Source: Asterionella formosa
Taxonomy: Eukaryota
NCBI GenBank assembly: GCA_002256025.1
Contig: NKIB01005371.1
Location: 112,824 to 132,823 of the forward strand
Reading direction: 5' to 3'
Length of the DNA stretch: 20,000 nucleotides
Part shown: positions 7,260-19,470 of the stretch, in pieces
How positions within the stretch are numbered: position 1 is the first letter of the stretch
Layout of the letters: every line of letters starts with the position of its first letter
Notes under the pieces: generated by a model
What the model saw: only the letters and a program-made list of their open reading frames with translations
Databases searched by the model: none
Told to the model about the DNA's origin: nothing
Program-made: the position numbers and the translations under genes

Positions 7260-9226
7260 ATGTCCGAACGATCAGCATCTACACCAGCTGCTCTATCATC
7301 ACCTGCCTCTGCACCTATGTCCAAGCTGTCCGGAAGCGAAAAGGAGCGCGGACGAGAACGTAATCGTGACCCAGAATCTGCCAGTGGACTTCCAATCAGA
7401 TGCATCAACCCCGCTTCTGATGTCAACTCTCGCCTTGATACTCAAGTCGAAGTTCGTGTTTATCCTTGCAACAATAATCAAGGAAACAATGGAAAGAAAA
7501 AGTTCACGACTTTCAATGTCAAACCAGAGGTAAGTCATTTTATTGAACAGAAGTGTGGCAGCGCCTTGCTTCCTTCGGGTTCTCTCTGTGTGTCACAGTT
7601 CTAAACTATTATTTTGTTTTCCTCAGGGTGTGATTATTCAAGGATCGAACAGAAACCGTCAAAGTGGCGTAACGGATCTCGGAACTGAGTATTCCTCTCA
7701 GATTGGTCGCAAACTTCAGAGGTACGAGTTGTCGGATACTCGGGCATGCCAGCTCCTTGTGACTAGCCATGCGAAATCATTTTGGGTAGTTCCTGCTCCT
7801 GAGGCTTTTTCGCGTCACTCTGGAACGTGTCGCCTGTTGGGAGATCGGAAGCACCCTCCTGCCCCTCATACCCTTCAGGTTGGAGATTTTCTTCGTGTTG
7901 GCTCCGTTGGTGTTGTTGTCATTGAAACGCATGATGGATTGGAGAATCGTGTTTTGAGCGAAGAACGAATTCAAAAGATTATGAAGGATACTACTTCTGG
8001 AAATGGTGGTTTCTTGGACTTGGGAGAAACAGATGGAGGTGAGAATTTTCGATGAACTTGCTTCGCTTGCAAAAATTGTTTCGACACACCCACAATTTTG
8101 CCATTTATTTTCCACAGAAAACTCTGACGACGACTCCATGCATGGTGGCGGCGTTAAAGGATTGGAAAAAGCTAGTTCTAACAAGGGGGACTTGGCTGCC
8201 TATGGAGACAACCCAGTTTGTTACATGTGTTTCGACGAGGAGAATACTGAGGATAACCCTCTCATTACACCTTGCAAGTGCAGCGGTGACACCAAGTATG
8301 TCCATGTTGACTGTCTTCGTAAGTGGCATACTGCCGAGGCGGATAACCAAATCTGCTTCTTGTCGTCGGTTGATGCCACTTGTTCTGTGTGTAAAAGTAC
8401 CTTCAAATCTGATTTTAAGCTCAAAGATGGTCGCCAGGTGAAGCTGTTCAAGTCTTCCTTGGAGCCTCCTTATGTGTCGTTGCTTGTCGCAACGAAACAT
8501 GAAATGGCCCAACGTCTTTTCAACACCAGATTCCAATTGTCGTTTAGCACGCTCCTTAAACCCGATGGCAATAACGGAAATCGTCCCCTCCTTCTCGGTC
8601 GTTCGTCTGGATCTGACATGGTCTTGGATTATCGCACAGTTTCCGCACGTCATGCTTCCATCCGGTTCAAGAATGGAGAGTTTGTGTTCACTGATGCAGG
8701 ATCCTCGAACGGATCTTATTTGTACCTTCGAAGACCTGTTGAGTTGTCTGCTTCCCAGCCTGTTCAATTCCGTCTCGGGAGGTCAATGATCTCGATGAAA
8801 GTTGTGAACAAATGGAATCGCCGTCTTTTGCGTGCTGTTCGTCGCACTGGAAGCACTGGTCGCGACTCCGGGGACATGGGTCCTTCGATTGGCGACGATT
8901 GTTCGATTGGAAGCAACGACGACGACGTACGCATCACAGACGCAAGTGGCACGGTGACAAAGATTGTCAATCGACGAAGCCGGGAAAGTATCATTCATTC
9001 ACTGCCTCCACCTGGACATCTTTCCCAGCAATCCCGGCAGCACTTGGACCTCCTTTACGCGTTGGCATATCCCAAACGTGATAAGGGCATTGAAAAGACC
9101 GCCAGGATTAATTTAGTGCAAGAAAACGAAGTTTATGATGTTGACGAGTGCAAGGAAGAAGAGAAAGGTCCTGTAGTCACCCCCTCCGTTCCTGTCGATG
9201 CTGAGCAAACTCGAAAAATCAACTAG
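7260..9226 (+). CDS. FHA- and RING-CH (RINGv, C4HC3)-domain protein, putative E3 ubiquitin ligase; exons 7260-7529, 7627-8038, 8118-9226 (596 aa)
   Basis: Introns 7530-7626 (GTAAGT...TCAG, phase 0) and 8039-8117 (GTGAGA...ACAG, phase 1) join three ORFs in frame. RINGv CYMC...PCKCSG...YVHVDCLRKW...CSVC. FHA LGRSSGSDMVLDYRTVSARHA...DAGSSNGSY. Confidence 0.9.
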
Positions 9227-9380
9227 CTTAGTAGAAAAAATATGAGTAAGATGCAAAGAAATCAGTATAGAACTAATGTATGAAAATAATCTTAGTCAAC
9301 AACTGAAATAGTACGGAAATGTACCATCAAAAATGTAGAATTGAAATTCTGGAAAAGGATATATTAGCACCTTTCCAGTT

Positions 9381-10684
9381 TTAGTCGATCGAAACGGTTC
9401 GATCGATGAAGGCAGCCTTGCTATCAAGCTTCTTGATGGACCTTTTCTTCATGCTTGATCGATCCTGTTTGCAATGCTCTGATCCTTCCTCTCCCAGAGA
9501 AAGGCTTTCTGTTTCATCCGTTGATATTTCTCCCAGTTCCAGGTCCTCATCAGTCCTGTTCTCGATGATCCCATCACCTACAACAGCCGAAACCAAATCA
9601 TCTTCATGATATACTTCATCAAATGTCGGGTCCCATTCATACCCCAAGATAACTTTACGCATATTTTCTGGAAAGTTCACTTGCAATGGAACGAACCAAT
9701 GCCAGGTAGCATGGGAAGTTTTTCCTCCAAACATCTCGTTAAATTCGTACGTGACTCGTTCTAGCTCTGTCCCACCTTGACCAATCTTCATCTTCATTCT
9801 GGCAATCTTACCTTGATTAGATTCAATTGCTTCGACTTGCTCAAACAGCATGCAACAAGTAAACATCATGAAAGAGAATGAAACGACGCCCAAGACGATG
9901 ACAAGGTAGTAATCATAAAGATTACTGCACTCCGATTCGTTGCTTTCGATCAATACTCGAGTTTGATCATTTAGGCCGTCGGTGGGATTCCATGTTGCTT
10001 CATCTTCCGGTGCAAAATTGGGTATAATTGTTGGGTAATCCACGTGGATATAGTTGCAATAAAAGAAGCGAATGACAATGAGGATAATGGAGATTAGGGA
10101 TGTCAAAAGTGTGTATCCAATAAAGAGCACAAAGAATTTGTGATTGAGAGCGCCTACTGCATTGCATACCCACGGGCTATCAATGTATGTAGCACAACGA
10201 AATAGTTCGTAAGGACATGCAAATCAAAACAGGATAATTATTCTCTCACTATTCATACGTACCAATAATGATCCATCTTGACAATACATCTCCCAGTGAC
10301 ACTATCGTGATGCGCTCGCGGCGGCTTGTAGTTATCGTTACATTTGGCACATCGTCGAATCGATCTCTGTTTCTTGTTTTCGCCTGCTCGTTTCACCGTC
10401 GTGAGAGGCCTTGCTCCTAATGGAACCGCCCCTGGATCCGTCGTCCACGCGGCGAACAAGGACCAAAGGGCCATAAAGGCAACGGGGCAGTAGAGGCCAA
10501 AGTAAAGCGACGTGGAGAGTCGAGATTCTTCAATTAAGAAGTGTGAAATCACAATGAGGGCAAACACGTGAACCGCAAGGCTAATGGTGATGCAAAAAAG
10601 GCCGCAGGGATCCAAAGAGAGCCATCTCTTGGCTTCAAAGGACGTGCCTATACGGAGGCAGCAAATATCAGTTCTTCCCGTCAT
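9381..10684 (-). CDS. DHHC-family protein S-acyltransferase (DHYC variant, ZDHHC3/7-like N-terminus); exons 10684-10263, 10176-9381 (405 aa)
   Basis: Intron 10177-10262 (GTACGT...TAG) restores KMDHYCPWVCNAVGALNHKFF. Also TDPGAVP, CAKC...KPPRAHH and four hydrophobic TM segments. Confidence 0.92.
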
Positions 10685-11609
10685 GGTGGACTGTTATTTT
10701 TCTAAATGTCAATAATCTTGTCATAGTTCAAAAAGTGCAGGTGCTGGTAACGGTAAGAGTGGTAGGTACCCGTAGACATATACCAGGAAGTCTACATGTC
10801 TATATTACAAGTGTACATAGAATAGTTATTCTACCGCCGGATAACGTAACTGGTCCTTCAAGGGCACACCCTGGTACAGTACCAGGTCGTACTGTCTATA
10901 ATACTCGAATTACAACGTGTTCCTTTTATTTTTGCACGTATCATTTCATTTTATATGGCATACTTGATGTCGAAATTGTGCAACACATTATTGAAAAGCT
11001 ATACAATGCATGCATGAAATTGTGCATAGATTTGTACGGCTCACCCAGTATACATTTTACGCTCAATGGATCATGTGACTAGAATTTTTGAGTTAGCTAG
11101 CAGTTCCAACATCATGCTATTTCGAGGTGGTGTTGGATAAAATTTCATTTCATGACAACAAATAGCAATTCAGATCGAAATCAAAATTCCGGAGACTTTC
11201 TGCTCGACCAGTATGGTTTGACGCAAGCTTACTAATGTGTACACATCTTGTTCTAGGTTCGCTCCACCGACAATCGAAACTTCGACTTCCTACTCACTTC
11301 TAACCACGATAGCCTATAATAGCATTTCAAATATACAGATAACTTCTCCCTCTAGTCTATCACTACATGTGTAGCTACTTTAGGATAACGGAAGGAATTG
11401 TTTCCACCACTTGATGGAAATGACGAAGCTTTTTCCCGAATACAAAGACCAGAAAGAAAGGGATGGTAGATCTACTATACTATGCTCTAATAATGAGAAA
11501 TAGAATGTTGAAAAACCTTGGTAGTAGTGAAGCTGTCAGTCTGTACATATCTTTGTGAAATTCTCAAGCGCTCTCGTTCCTCATCGGCACAGCCATTGCG
11601 CTTGACACT

Positions 11610-12591
11610 TTAAAATCTGCGCTCTCTTGACGATGTTTTGGCATCTTGTAACAGCTTGCATTTTTCTGTATATCCCTGAACAGTGTGCACAGCTTTAGTG
11701 ACCACGGCTACATGTTTCATAAATTCCGAAGCCTCATAGTTTGGGGTCGCCCCCATCAAACACCCCAACTGACACACTAACCCCTGGACATGACGCAATA
11801 ATCCATGATGGAGTGGTATTTTTTCAGACTGTGTATCTTCCAAGAACGAAATCAAAATCTTGACACGATCCTTCATTTTCTCCAACGACTCTTGAACGCT
11901 CTCGGTTTGCCCACAAAAAGCCGACGTCTGGCTCGGAGGCTGTTCTCGGACCACTCGCTCTACAGCAATCTGCTCGACTTGACTTGTTTCTAACTTCCAT
12001 CCCTCCAATCCCACCAGCACACCTCCCTCTTCTTCATACAAGGTGAGCATATCATCCGACGTGGCATCTGACTTGCAAGAGCAAAAGATCTGCGGGGCCC
12101 CCATGTAGGTTTGCAGGTTCCTGGTTGTGGTCAGATCAGCCGCTGTGGGTTCCGGGTCTGAAGAAACTCTATACCATCCTAGTACTTGGTGTTGTGGAAA
12201 GACAGCTTGATGCAACATAATTTGCGTCTTGGTTAGTTCCGACGTTGTATCCGTGGGAATGTCGTCGGCATCCAATATTTCAATCGCCAAGTCGGAGCAC
12301 AGACCAAACAAAAGACCCACAACAGGCGCGTCCTTTGGGAGGGGAGTTCCTCCGCAAGTGATGCGAGTGTATTGGTCGGACATGTGTACAATGGCAAGCT
12401 GTTTTCGTGGGTGTGGACAGTGAATCGGAGTGGAGTGAGTTGTTGCGTGTATCCAAGAAAAAAGTAGAGAAGTAGCAACAAGTTGGTTTTGGTTGCAAAC
12501 GTAACCTGGTGACTAAGTTCTGCCGACTTACCGGATGGATTTCCACGGATATGCCACGCAAAGGAGGATCCACATCCATGTTGGTGCTCAT
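11610..12591 (-). CDS. CSN6: COP9 signalosome subunit 6 (non-catalytic MPN domain); exons 12591-12532, 12398-11610 (282 aa)
   Basis: Intron 12399-12531 (GTAAGT...CAG) gives VEIHPLAIVHMSDQYTR. VVGLLFG, AVFPQHQVLGWY, LETSQVEQIAVERV and KMKDRVKILISFL match CSN6; no JAMM motif. Confidence 0.85.
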
Positions 12592-12969
12592 GGTAAAGAC
12601 CACTCGAGAAAGACAACGAACGCAATGACTTTTTCGTTGCAATTTATAATGATATGTGGGCACTGGAGTACCGGAACAACCAGTAGGACTGATGTGAGAT
12701 AGAGTGTATGATTAATTTTTAACACTGTACAGGTATTCCTGCTTCCATATTATTTGCGTCTTCCAACAAACAGCAAGCAACGACAGCAATAACATCCAAC
12801 CCAGTGTAGTCGAACGAGTCGAAGAATGCAATTGTCCCGCAGGCTGGTGATCGATGCTGTTGTCACCAGCAGCAAGGAGAATGAGGAGCAATCCATGGCA
12901 TGACATGTAGAATATTTTTGATATTGCGTGCACAGCCAGGCAACAAGCGACGTGAGGATTGTGCAAAAT

Positions 12970-13120
12970 GGTACCAGGTACCCCGGTACCAGCAGACTAC
13001 CAGTACCTGGTACAGCCAGGCATATACCGGTATATAAGAAAGAAAAGAATTTGAACATAATGCAGCAAAACAATGCATACGGTAGATGTAGTACCAGGTA
13101 CCAGTTACCAAGTACCAAGT
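12970..13120. repeat. GGTACC/GTACCAGG-rich cluster in the divergent CSN6-fucosyltransferase intergenic region
   Basis: GGTACCAGGTACCCCGGTACCAG, GTACCTGGTAC, ATATACCGGTATAT and GTACCAGGTACCAG within 150 bp. Confidence 0.7.
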
Positions 13121-13381
13121 ATTTCAGGGATTCCAGGAGCAGGACTCTCTTCATTACCGGCATGTTTGTAGCAATTTCAACTCAAAAGACCAGCAAGAAA
13201 TACCGCCATCGTGTCTTGTGTGGACTTATTAATACCGCACATGGTATTACACTTCGCCACATCCAACTACAACTTTATTCCTAAACAGCAAGGCAATAGA
13301 CTCTACATTTACCGCTAACCGATCCTTTGCCATACCCAGTCCTGCTTGTAAGATGCCCCGCAACGGACATTTATTCATGAT

Positions 13382-14623
13382 ATGGCAAAGCAACTGCGAC
13401 ATTCCACGAGCGTGAATTGTGGCCTTCGAAGGGCCCTGTTGGCGTCAGCGATTGCACTGATAGCGGTGGCCTCGTCCATGACGCCCGCATTATTCGATAC
13501 GAACACGTACACAAACAAGTCGAACGGAGATGCGCAACAAACGGCTCTCGCATTCAGGAACACAACCACCAACGACGTCCTTCATGTCAAGGTAGTTGCA
13601 CACAATGCCACCAATAGAACGACACTGAGCCAACCTCAAGCCACTGGCACTCTTCGACACGATTGGAGACACCATACACCGCTATCGCACTTTGCCAAGC
13701 TCATTCACTCTCATCAAACTGACTGTTCTCTGTCCACGGCGACCTATTATATTGACAACGACTATGGGATTGGCTCGCATATTTCACTGTGGAGTCAAGG
13801 GATATGCAATGCCATGCAGCTGAATCGGAGGTTACGGACTGTCAACCCACATTGGCTATGGTTAGACCAAACGTTGTGCGATGCTCAAGTCGCAACGCGA
13901 TCCCCGTGGTTATGCTACTTCCCACAGGCAGAGTGCCAATGCGGAAATAGTTACGAAGAACTTGCGCCTGTCAATGTTTCTGATCCAAGAGATAAGAAAC
14001 GTCACCAATGCACATTGTTAAAAGAAGGAAATTCAGATACCTTGCACGCATTTCGAGCAGCTTCTACGGAAGTCCTCTTTCAAACGGTCTCCGAAGTGGT
14101 CATTGCAGAAGCCCAACGACAAATAGGCCTGCTCTTCAACGGGTCCACCCCGCCCGATGACTTGATCACGGTACACATTCGTTGGGGTGACAAGTTTTGG
14201 GAAATGGACCTTGCTCCCATCGCAGAGTATGTTGAAGCAGTGTCCTACCTGCTGCGACAACAAGGGAAGAAGGACAATTCAACTGCGAACATTTACCTTG
14301 CAACAGAAGACCCAAAGGTGGTTCACGAATTCTCAAAGGGAATTCCACCAGGTTGGAACGTATTTTACGATCGTACCGTCGTGGAATTGAAAGACTTTAG
14401 ACCAAACAAAGGAAATCGAGCGTCGCACATGACAAAGAATACCAAAGGCCGGGCTGGTTTGGTGGCGATGGGGTCGTTGCTTGTGGCTATGGAAGCGAAA
14501 TGGTTTGTCTTAACAACAGCCAGTAACTGGAGTCGTGTCATGGATCACCTTCGGACACAGATTATCAATCCGAGATGTAACAATTGTACCCACATGGTAG
14601 ATTTGAGACCAGGGATTTGGTGA
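13382..14623 (+). CDS. Type II membrane glycosyltransferase, GT23/alpha-1,6-fucosyltransferase-like (GDP-fucose-binding motifs)
   Basis: N-terminal hydrophobic anchor, S/T/N-rich stem, GIGSH, motif I ITVHIRWGDK, motif II IYLATEDP, motif III EAKWFVLTTASNWSR. Confidence 0.8.
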   Translation: MAKQLRHSTSVNCGLRRALLASAIALIAVASSMTPALFDTNTYTNKSNGDAQQTALAFRNTTTNDVLHVKVVAHNATNRTTLSQPQATGTLRHDWRHHTPLSHFAKLIHSHQTDCSLSTATYYIDNDYGIGSHISLWSQGICNAMQLNRRLRTVNPHWLWLDQTLCDAQVATRSPWLCYFPQAECQCGNSYEELAPVNVSDPRDKKRHQCTLLKEGNSDTLHAFRAASTEVLFQTVSEVVIAEAQRQIGLLFNGSTPPDDLITVHIRWGDKFWEMDLAPIAEYVEAVSYLLRQQGKKDNSTANIYLATEDPKVVHEFSKGIPPGWNVFYDRTVVELKDFRPNKGNRASHMTKNTKGRAGLVAMGSLLVAMEAKWFVLTTASNWSRVMDHLRTQIINPRCNNCTHMVDLRPGIW

Positions 14624-14671
14624 AACACGCTATTGTAGGAATATACAAGTAGACGCAGCAACAACAACATA

Positions 14672-17272
14672 CTATGAATTTCTATAGCCAAACAAGGTTC
14701 GAACTTTGATGCACACATCGCTCCCTTGCCCACCAAAGAGATCATCGGGAAAGGTAGGAAACTGATGAGCCAATGCACTTTCCATAACCATTTGATAAAT
14801 TTTATCATCGTCGTTGACGACCATCCTAGAGGCAGCAATTGCCCTGCTGGGGCCATCAATTGTTGAGGCTCCCGGCAATAACGGTAGCCCAGTAACCACC
14901 TTTGACCCACGCCGTTTGTTTTTGGGTGCATCCATATTTACGCCTTCCAACTGTTGGACGACTAAAAAAATATTCGTCGGCATACTGAGGGGAGCAACTT
15001 CACGGGACTGAACTTTGAGACAATCAGGGTCCCAAAGCAACAGAAAGTTATAAAGATGAAAGAACAGTCGACACCGTGTACTTAGGTCGTGGCAAGGAAT
15101 CTTTGAGCACTCCAAGGCCACCCTAAAAAAATCCGCGCCTCGGATAATTCGATTCATTGACGATGGCAGTGAGCGAGAATCGCTAAGTTCATCACCATCG
15201 TTTCGATCATCCAAATCAAAGTTGACAATTTTTGTGCAGACAGAAATGGCATCAAGAAGTCTTCCTGAGGCTAGCAAATGCTGAGCAGCACGTTGTCTGG
15301 GCATTGATGAAACAAGAAGCAAAAAAATTTCGGCTCGAGTTGAATCTGCGACAAAGAGAAGTCATATTTTTGTTAATTATGAAATTACCAAACTTTCAGC
15401 GAAAAAGAACGACGTCATCGTACCTTGTGGCTGCTGTGGCAACGGTTGTTTCAATTCATTGCTTGTGCCGCAATCCAGGTTTGTCTCGCTCACGATGGCT
15501 AACACCATTTCTGCAAAACTGCCTTCAGCGAAGCCTGAGTTAGGTTCGTATATCGCAACAGGCTGTGATGCACTAGATTTCAGCAATGCCATTAGCTCTT
15601 TAGAATGCCCTAATCGCCACAGCAAGGCCGCCAAAAGGCAACGAAGTGCGGGAACTGGAGCAATGTCATGGCGACTCAAAGCTCCGGTCAGATCAACAGC
15701 GAAATCCAAAATGTTTCTCAAATGCTGCTCGTTTCTCATGTCGACTGCCTGCTTCGCAGCTGGCAAGAGTGCAATCTCCAATATGGACGACTGTGACAAA
15801 ACTCTATTCCATTGAGACAGCCCTAGTAGTGATATGCTGGCCTGTTCTCTGCCCTTGACAACGTTCACATGATGAGGCTCGCTGGGAAGTAATGCTGATG
15901 CGGCAAGTAGTTCGCATGACTTGATGCAATCTAAATGCCACACAACGCGATTTTCTTGGTAAACATCAGCAACGGCATCTAGCCATTCTTGTCGCAATAA
16001 CCTTCCATTCTGTGGATGAAGTAGTTCGACCAATTCTTGGAGCGCCAATGTATGCGCTGATTCAGTCCCAATCCGCCGAAGTAAAAAAGGAATGATGCAC
16101 TTTTGCTGAGGCCAATTTGTTCGGACCTTTTGCAAATTAAGAATTAGAGGATAAATTACATCTTTGCCTTGAATGTAACTGCGAGCAGACATGACGAGGT
16201 CATCCCTATAAATTTCGTCAGTAATCCGGCGTGAATCATCGATCATAATAGGATTCTCTTTGTCTTGAATGTCGATTAATACGGTTGTTTTGGATTTTCG
16301 GAAGTGAATATTGAAAAGGTCATCAATAACAGAGAAGAACATGTCTCCACTTGGTTGAAAGTCTTTAATGTTGACAATTTCATCAGGGCGTTCACTAGCT
16401 GGGACCAATTGTTTCAACCGAACCTGCCCAACATCAATTTGGACGCAGTATGTCTTGCCATAGAGTGACACCAATTCAATCCATTCTACATTCGTGGAAA
16501 AAGTCGGCAAACGATCTGGTGGAGGTACTTCTAGTCTCGGAAAGTGCGATTGTTTGGGCTCGGCCTGCAAACGGAAGCCCCGCATGCTGTACCCTTGGAG
16601 TGCCTTGGATCCTACTAGCAGGGTTCGTGATACGGGTTCCATCCAACACAGATTCGAACTTTGGGGAAAGGAATGCGTTGCGGACATCCCTTTCTTGGTT
16701 GATATTTTGTAAAAGAAAAGTCCCTTGTCCGTACATAGTAGTAAATCTTGGGACGTGCCACCATGGTCAGTCCAATACATGCCACCATTTAGAATGTAGG
16801 CTGGATTTTGTAGTTTGAGGCGAGCCTGTGCCGCTTGCTTGGGCAGTCCCGTAGGATGAGAGGATTGAGGAGTTGCATCTACCGCCAAATCAATGGTCCA
16901 ATGCTTTGATTCTCCCGTCAGCGGCACAATTCTGACTTGCGTAGTGGTGCGTTGAATTGCTAAAATCTTTTGGTCCAGGCTGAGCTTGACCAGGAGAGGT
17001 ATCCGACACCAGCAGGGAGGAAGTGGAATGACCATTGAAGGCGCTCGCGCAAGGAGGCGATGGCCGAGCGCAGGGATAGAGAAACGCCCAAAGGTCGCGG
17101 TCGCTCCTTGGTCGCCTGATGTTGGCTCGTGACAGTAACATGCCATCCAATGGTTATGCATAGCATCGTACCAGATGCAATCTGCCTCAGCCTGTAGTCC
17201 GCCTAATGATGCATTAGCATTGATTGAAGTACCCGTTGTATCAATTAAACGCCAAGGAGGTCCCAGCTCCAT
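14672..17272 (-). CDS. RMC1: Regulator of MON1-CCZ1 (RMC1/C18orf8/Mic1) homolog; exons 17272-15424, 15345-14672 (840 aa)
   Basis: Intron 15346-15423 (GTACGA...GCAG, phase 1) joins the two ORFs. Motifs KLSLDQKILAIQRT, LLCTDKGLFFYKI, SLYGKTYC, SVIDDLFNIH, IPFLLRR and LLASGRLLDAI resemble the RMC1 N-terminal and Mic1 domains. Confidence 0.75.
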
Positions 17273-17450
17273 TATGTATTAGTCCTTGGTGATGCAGCAA
17301 ATATAACAGGTATGTCTATACTAACGAAGTATTGTACACAACCATGGTCGTCACCCACCCACGAACAAACCATCATGATGAATGTCGAAGTGAATTCACC
17401 CTGTACCGTGTGTAGTAGGTATGACCTACCGTCGAGTGAGTCGACTTGTG

Positions 17451-17685
17451 TGTTAAAAGCCTCGTGTTAATAAATTAATAGGCTTACTCTAAAAGCCTAG
17501 TTTCAATCCATTCATCACACTTCGAGAACTGTTCTTCATGTTCCCTTTTCTCAAATGCAAACCTTCTTCTGATTGATCTGAAACATCTATCTTGTTAGCT
17601 AGTTTCTTGACATGGGAATGCTCAATTTGATTCATTGAACTATAATCGAGTCCACAATTCTCGTGACTCGCAATAGCCATTAATA
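17451..17685 (-). repeat. Putative degraded 3' LTR of a Ty1/copia element
   Basis: On the minus strand PPT-like AAGAAGAG (17693-17686) is followed by TATTAA (one change from TGTTAA). The far end is TTAACA at 17456-17451, with an alternative end at 17465. Confidence 0.5.
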
Positions 17686-17693
17686 CTCTTCTT

Positions 17694-17980
17694 GACATAA
17701 TCCCCATTATCATGTCCAAGAAGCTCCAAAATAGTGCCATTCAGTAAATGTGCAGAAAATCTTGTATGAATTTGTTCCTTGGCTGACATTCTTGGTCATA
17801 ATGTTTGCTGGATTGTTTTCAGATCTTACAAAGACAATACACAACTCACCCTCATCTATCATAGCTATTCTTAATGTGGTGATATTTGATATCAATATGC
17901 TTCCTTCGTGTTCCAATCTATTGATTTTTCGCTGTAAATATTGCACCAGTAATATTCTTTTTTAGGTTGCTTGGTAGAAT
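17694..17980 (-). mobile_element. Ty1/copia pol RNase H remnant (pseudogene)
   Basis: Minus-strand frames give NITGAIFTAKNQ*IGTRRKHIDIKYHHI (stop at 17920-17918), then after a frameshift MIDEGELCIVFVRSENNPANIMTKN. These match copia RNase H motifs DN-x-GAI, RTKHIDIKYH and N-x-AD-x2-TK. Confidence 0.9.
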
Positions 17981-18839
17981 TTTTACCACCAGTTACTTCA
18001 TTATGGTTTTGGCCCCACAGTTACACATTGCAAGGTCTGTATTTCACCAAAATATTTTTATGATGTACCTCAATCCACACATTATGTATAACTAAATAAA
18101 ATAGATGAAGGTAAAATAAGCTTTCGCTAATACCACCACATTGCATATGCTTTGATACAGTCATTGGTCAACTTAAGGGTGTTCCACCTTCAGATATGGT
18201 AAGGACCTCATTTCTGGAGAGGACTGGCAGTTATCCCTCTAGGAATTGTAACTATCCAAAAAAGGGCTACATAGCATTCTACAAAATCTACAAGGGATAA
18301 CTCCCACTTCTCTCCAGAAGTTAACTCCTGATGTTGTACGTAGGGATCACGGTTACATATTTTAATCTTCATAAAACCCCGCAATGTGCGTACGTAGAGC
18401 AATCCTCCTTCAAAAAGTCGACCCCACCGGCTTTTTCAACAGTCGCCAAAATATTGGAATCAGAATTTGTATGTGCGAAAACATTTTCGTAGACATACGA
18501 GTCTTGCGTAGGTATGTTTGCCTGCTTAATTCTCAGTCCGAAAAGACTCCACCAGGGTAAGTTCCTGCATCACTACACATATTCTGATTGGATGAATTGA
18601 ATTTACTCAACTGCTCCGCCAGATTGGCTGAAGTATTCCGGTCTTGTTAAATCACGCCAGCCACACTTGTACCACATTACTTATTAGATGTACCTGGTAC
18701 TGTATAACGGTACATACGTAAAATCAATATTGGTACTACCCATCATCATGAACCAAGATTATGTACAACCGGTATGCCGTTAATCTGGTCTTCCAGATGC
18801 TGACTTATATTTATATGCCTTTGGGACACTCGTCGAATC

Positions 18840-19470
18840 ATGGGAATTCATAGAAGCAAAACTCCTTGTTCCGTACTGTTTATACAGCCCTACCTACATT
18901 TCTCCAAACTAGGGTTAAGCCGGGTACCGCTAGACAAATTCACCATATTGGGCCACCAAAATATTTTATTTGGGTTATCACATATGACTTGCCCTTTTTT
19001 TCTGGCGGCTGTACCAATAATCGGCATTGTAGATGCATCATGGCGAAACGCAGCTCTAAATGCACTGACACTGAGCCACCACACCATTCTCCGGCATACC
19101 CCGCACTACAATAAACAAACGTGAAGATGACAAAAGGAGGAACAAATATTGCAGGCAAAATGCGGAATAATCAACTCATTAATGAAACCAACTTCGATTG
19201 AGAAGATGTCAAGATGGCGACGATGTTAAAAAAGAGCTCTTTGAAGCAAGCAAAACTGGCGTGGCATGTAATGAAGGGCAAGAGAATATCGAAACAAAGC
19301 CGCATTGAAAATTCAGGCACCACCCCGGACAGATCCAGAGTTTGATTCCATCATCAAGATGACAACTCCATCACTTTTGATAATCAATGCCATGGCCGCC
19401 CAGCCAGGTGGACCACGGTGAAGTCGAGATGCAGGAGGACTTTGAATGATGCACTCAATCTGTAAAATAC
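18840..19470 (+). pseudogene. Possible degraded ORF of unknown family
   Basis: GC-richer, protein-like stretches in shifting frames (PIIGIVDASWRNAALNAL; NETNFD*EDVKMATMLKKSSLKQAKLAWHVMKG; APPRTDPEFDSIIKMTTPSLLIINAMAAQPGGPR*SRDAGGL*MMHSICK). No recognisable motif. Confidence 0.3.

Noticed and set aside
8105..8767. 220-aa antisense ORF and other short overlapping ORFs inside the host genes
   Set aside because: Shadow frames of well-supported CDSs on the opposite strand; no independent motifs.
12712..13284. Several 80-140 aa ORFs in the divergent intergenic region (and similarly 6399-6968, 10735-11082)
   Set aside because: Their PGT/WY-rich translations simply reflect the GTACCAGG repeats; no domain signal.
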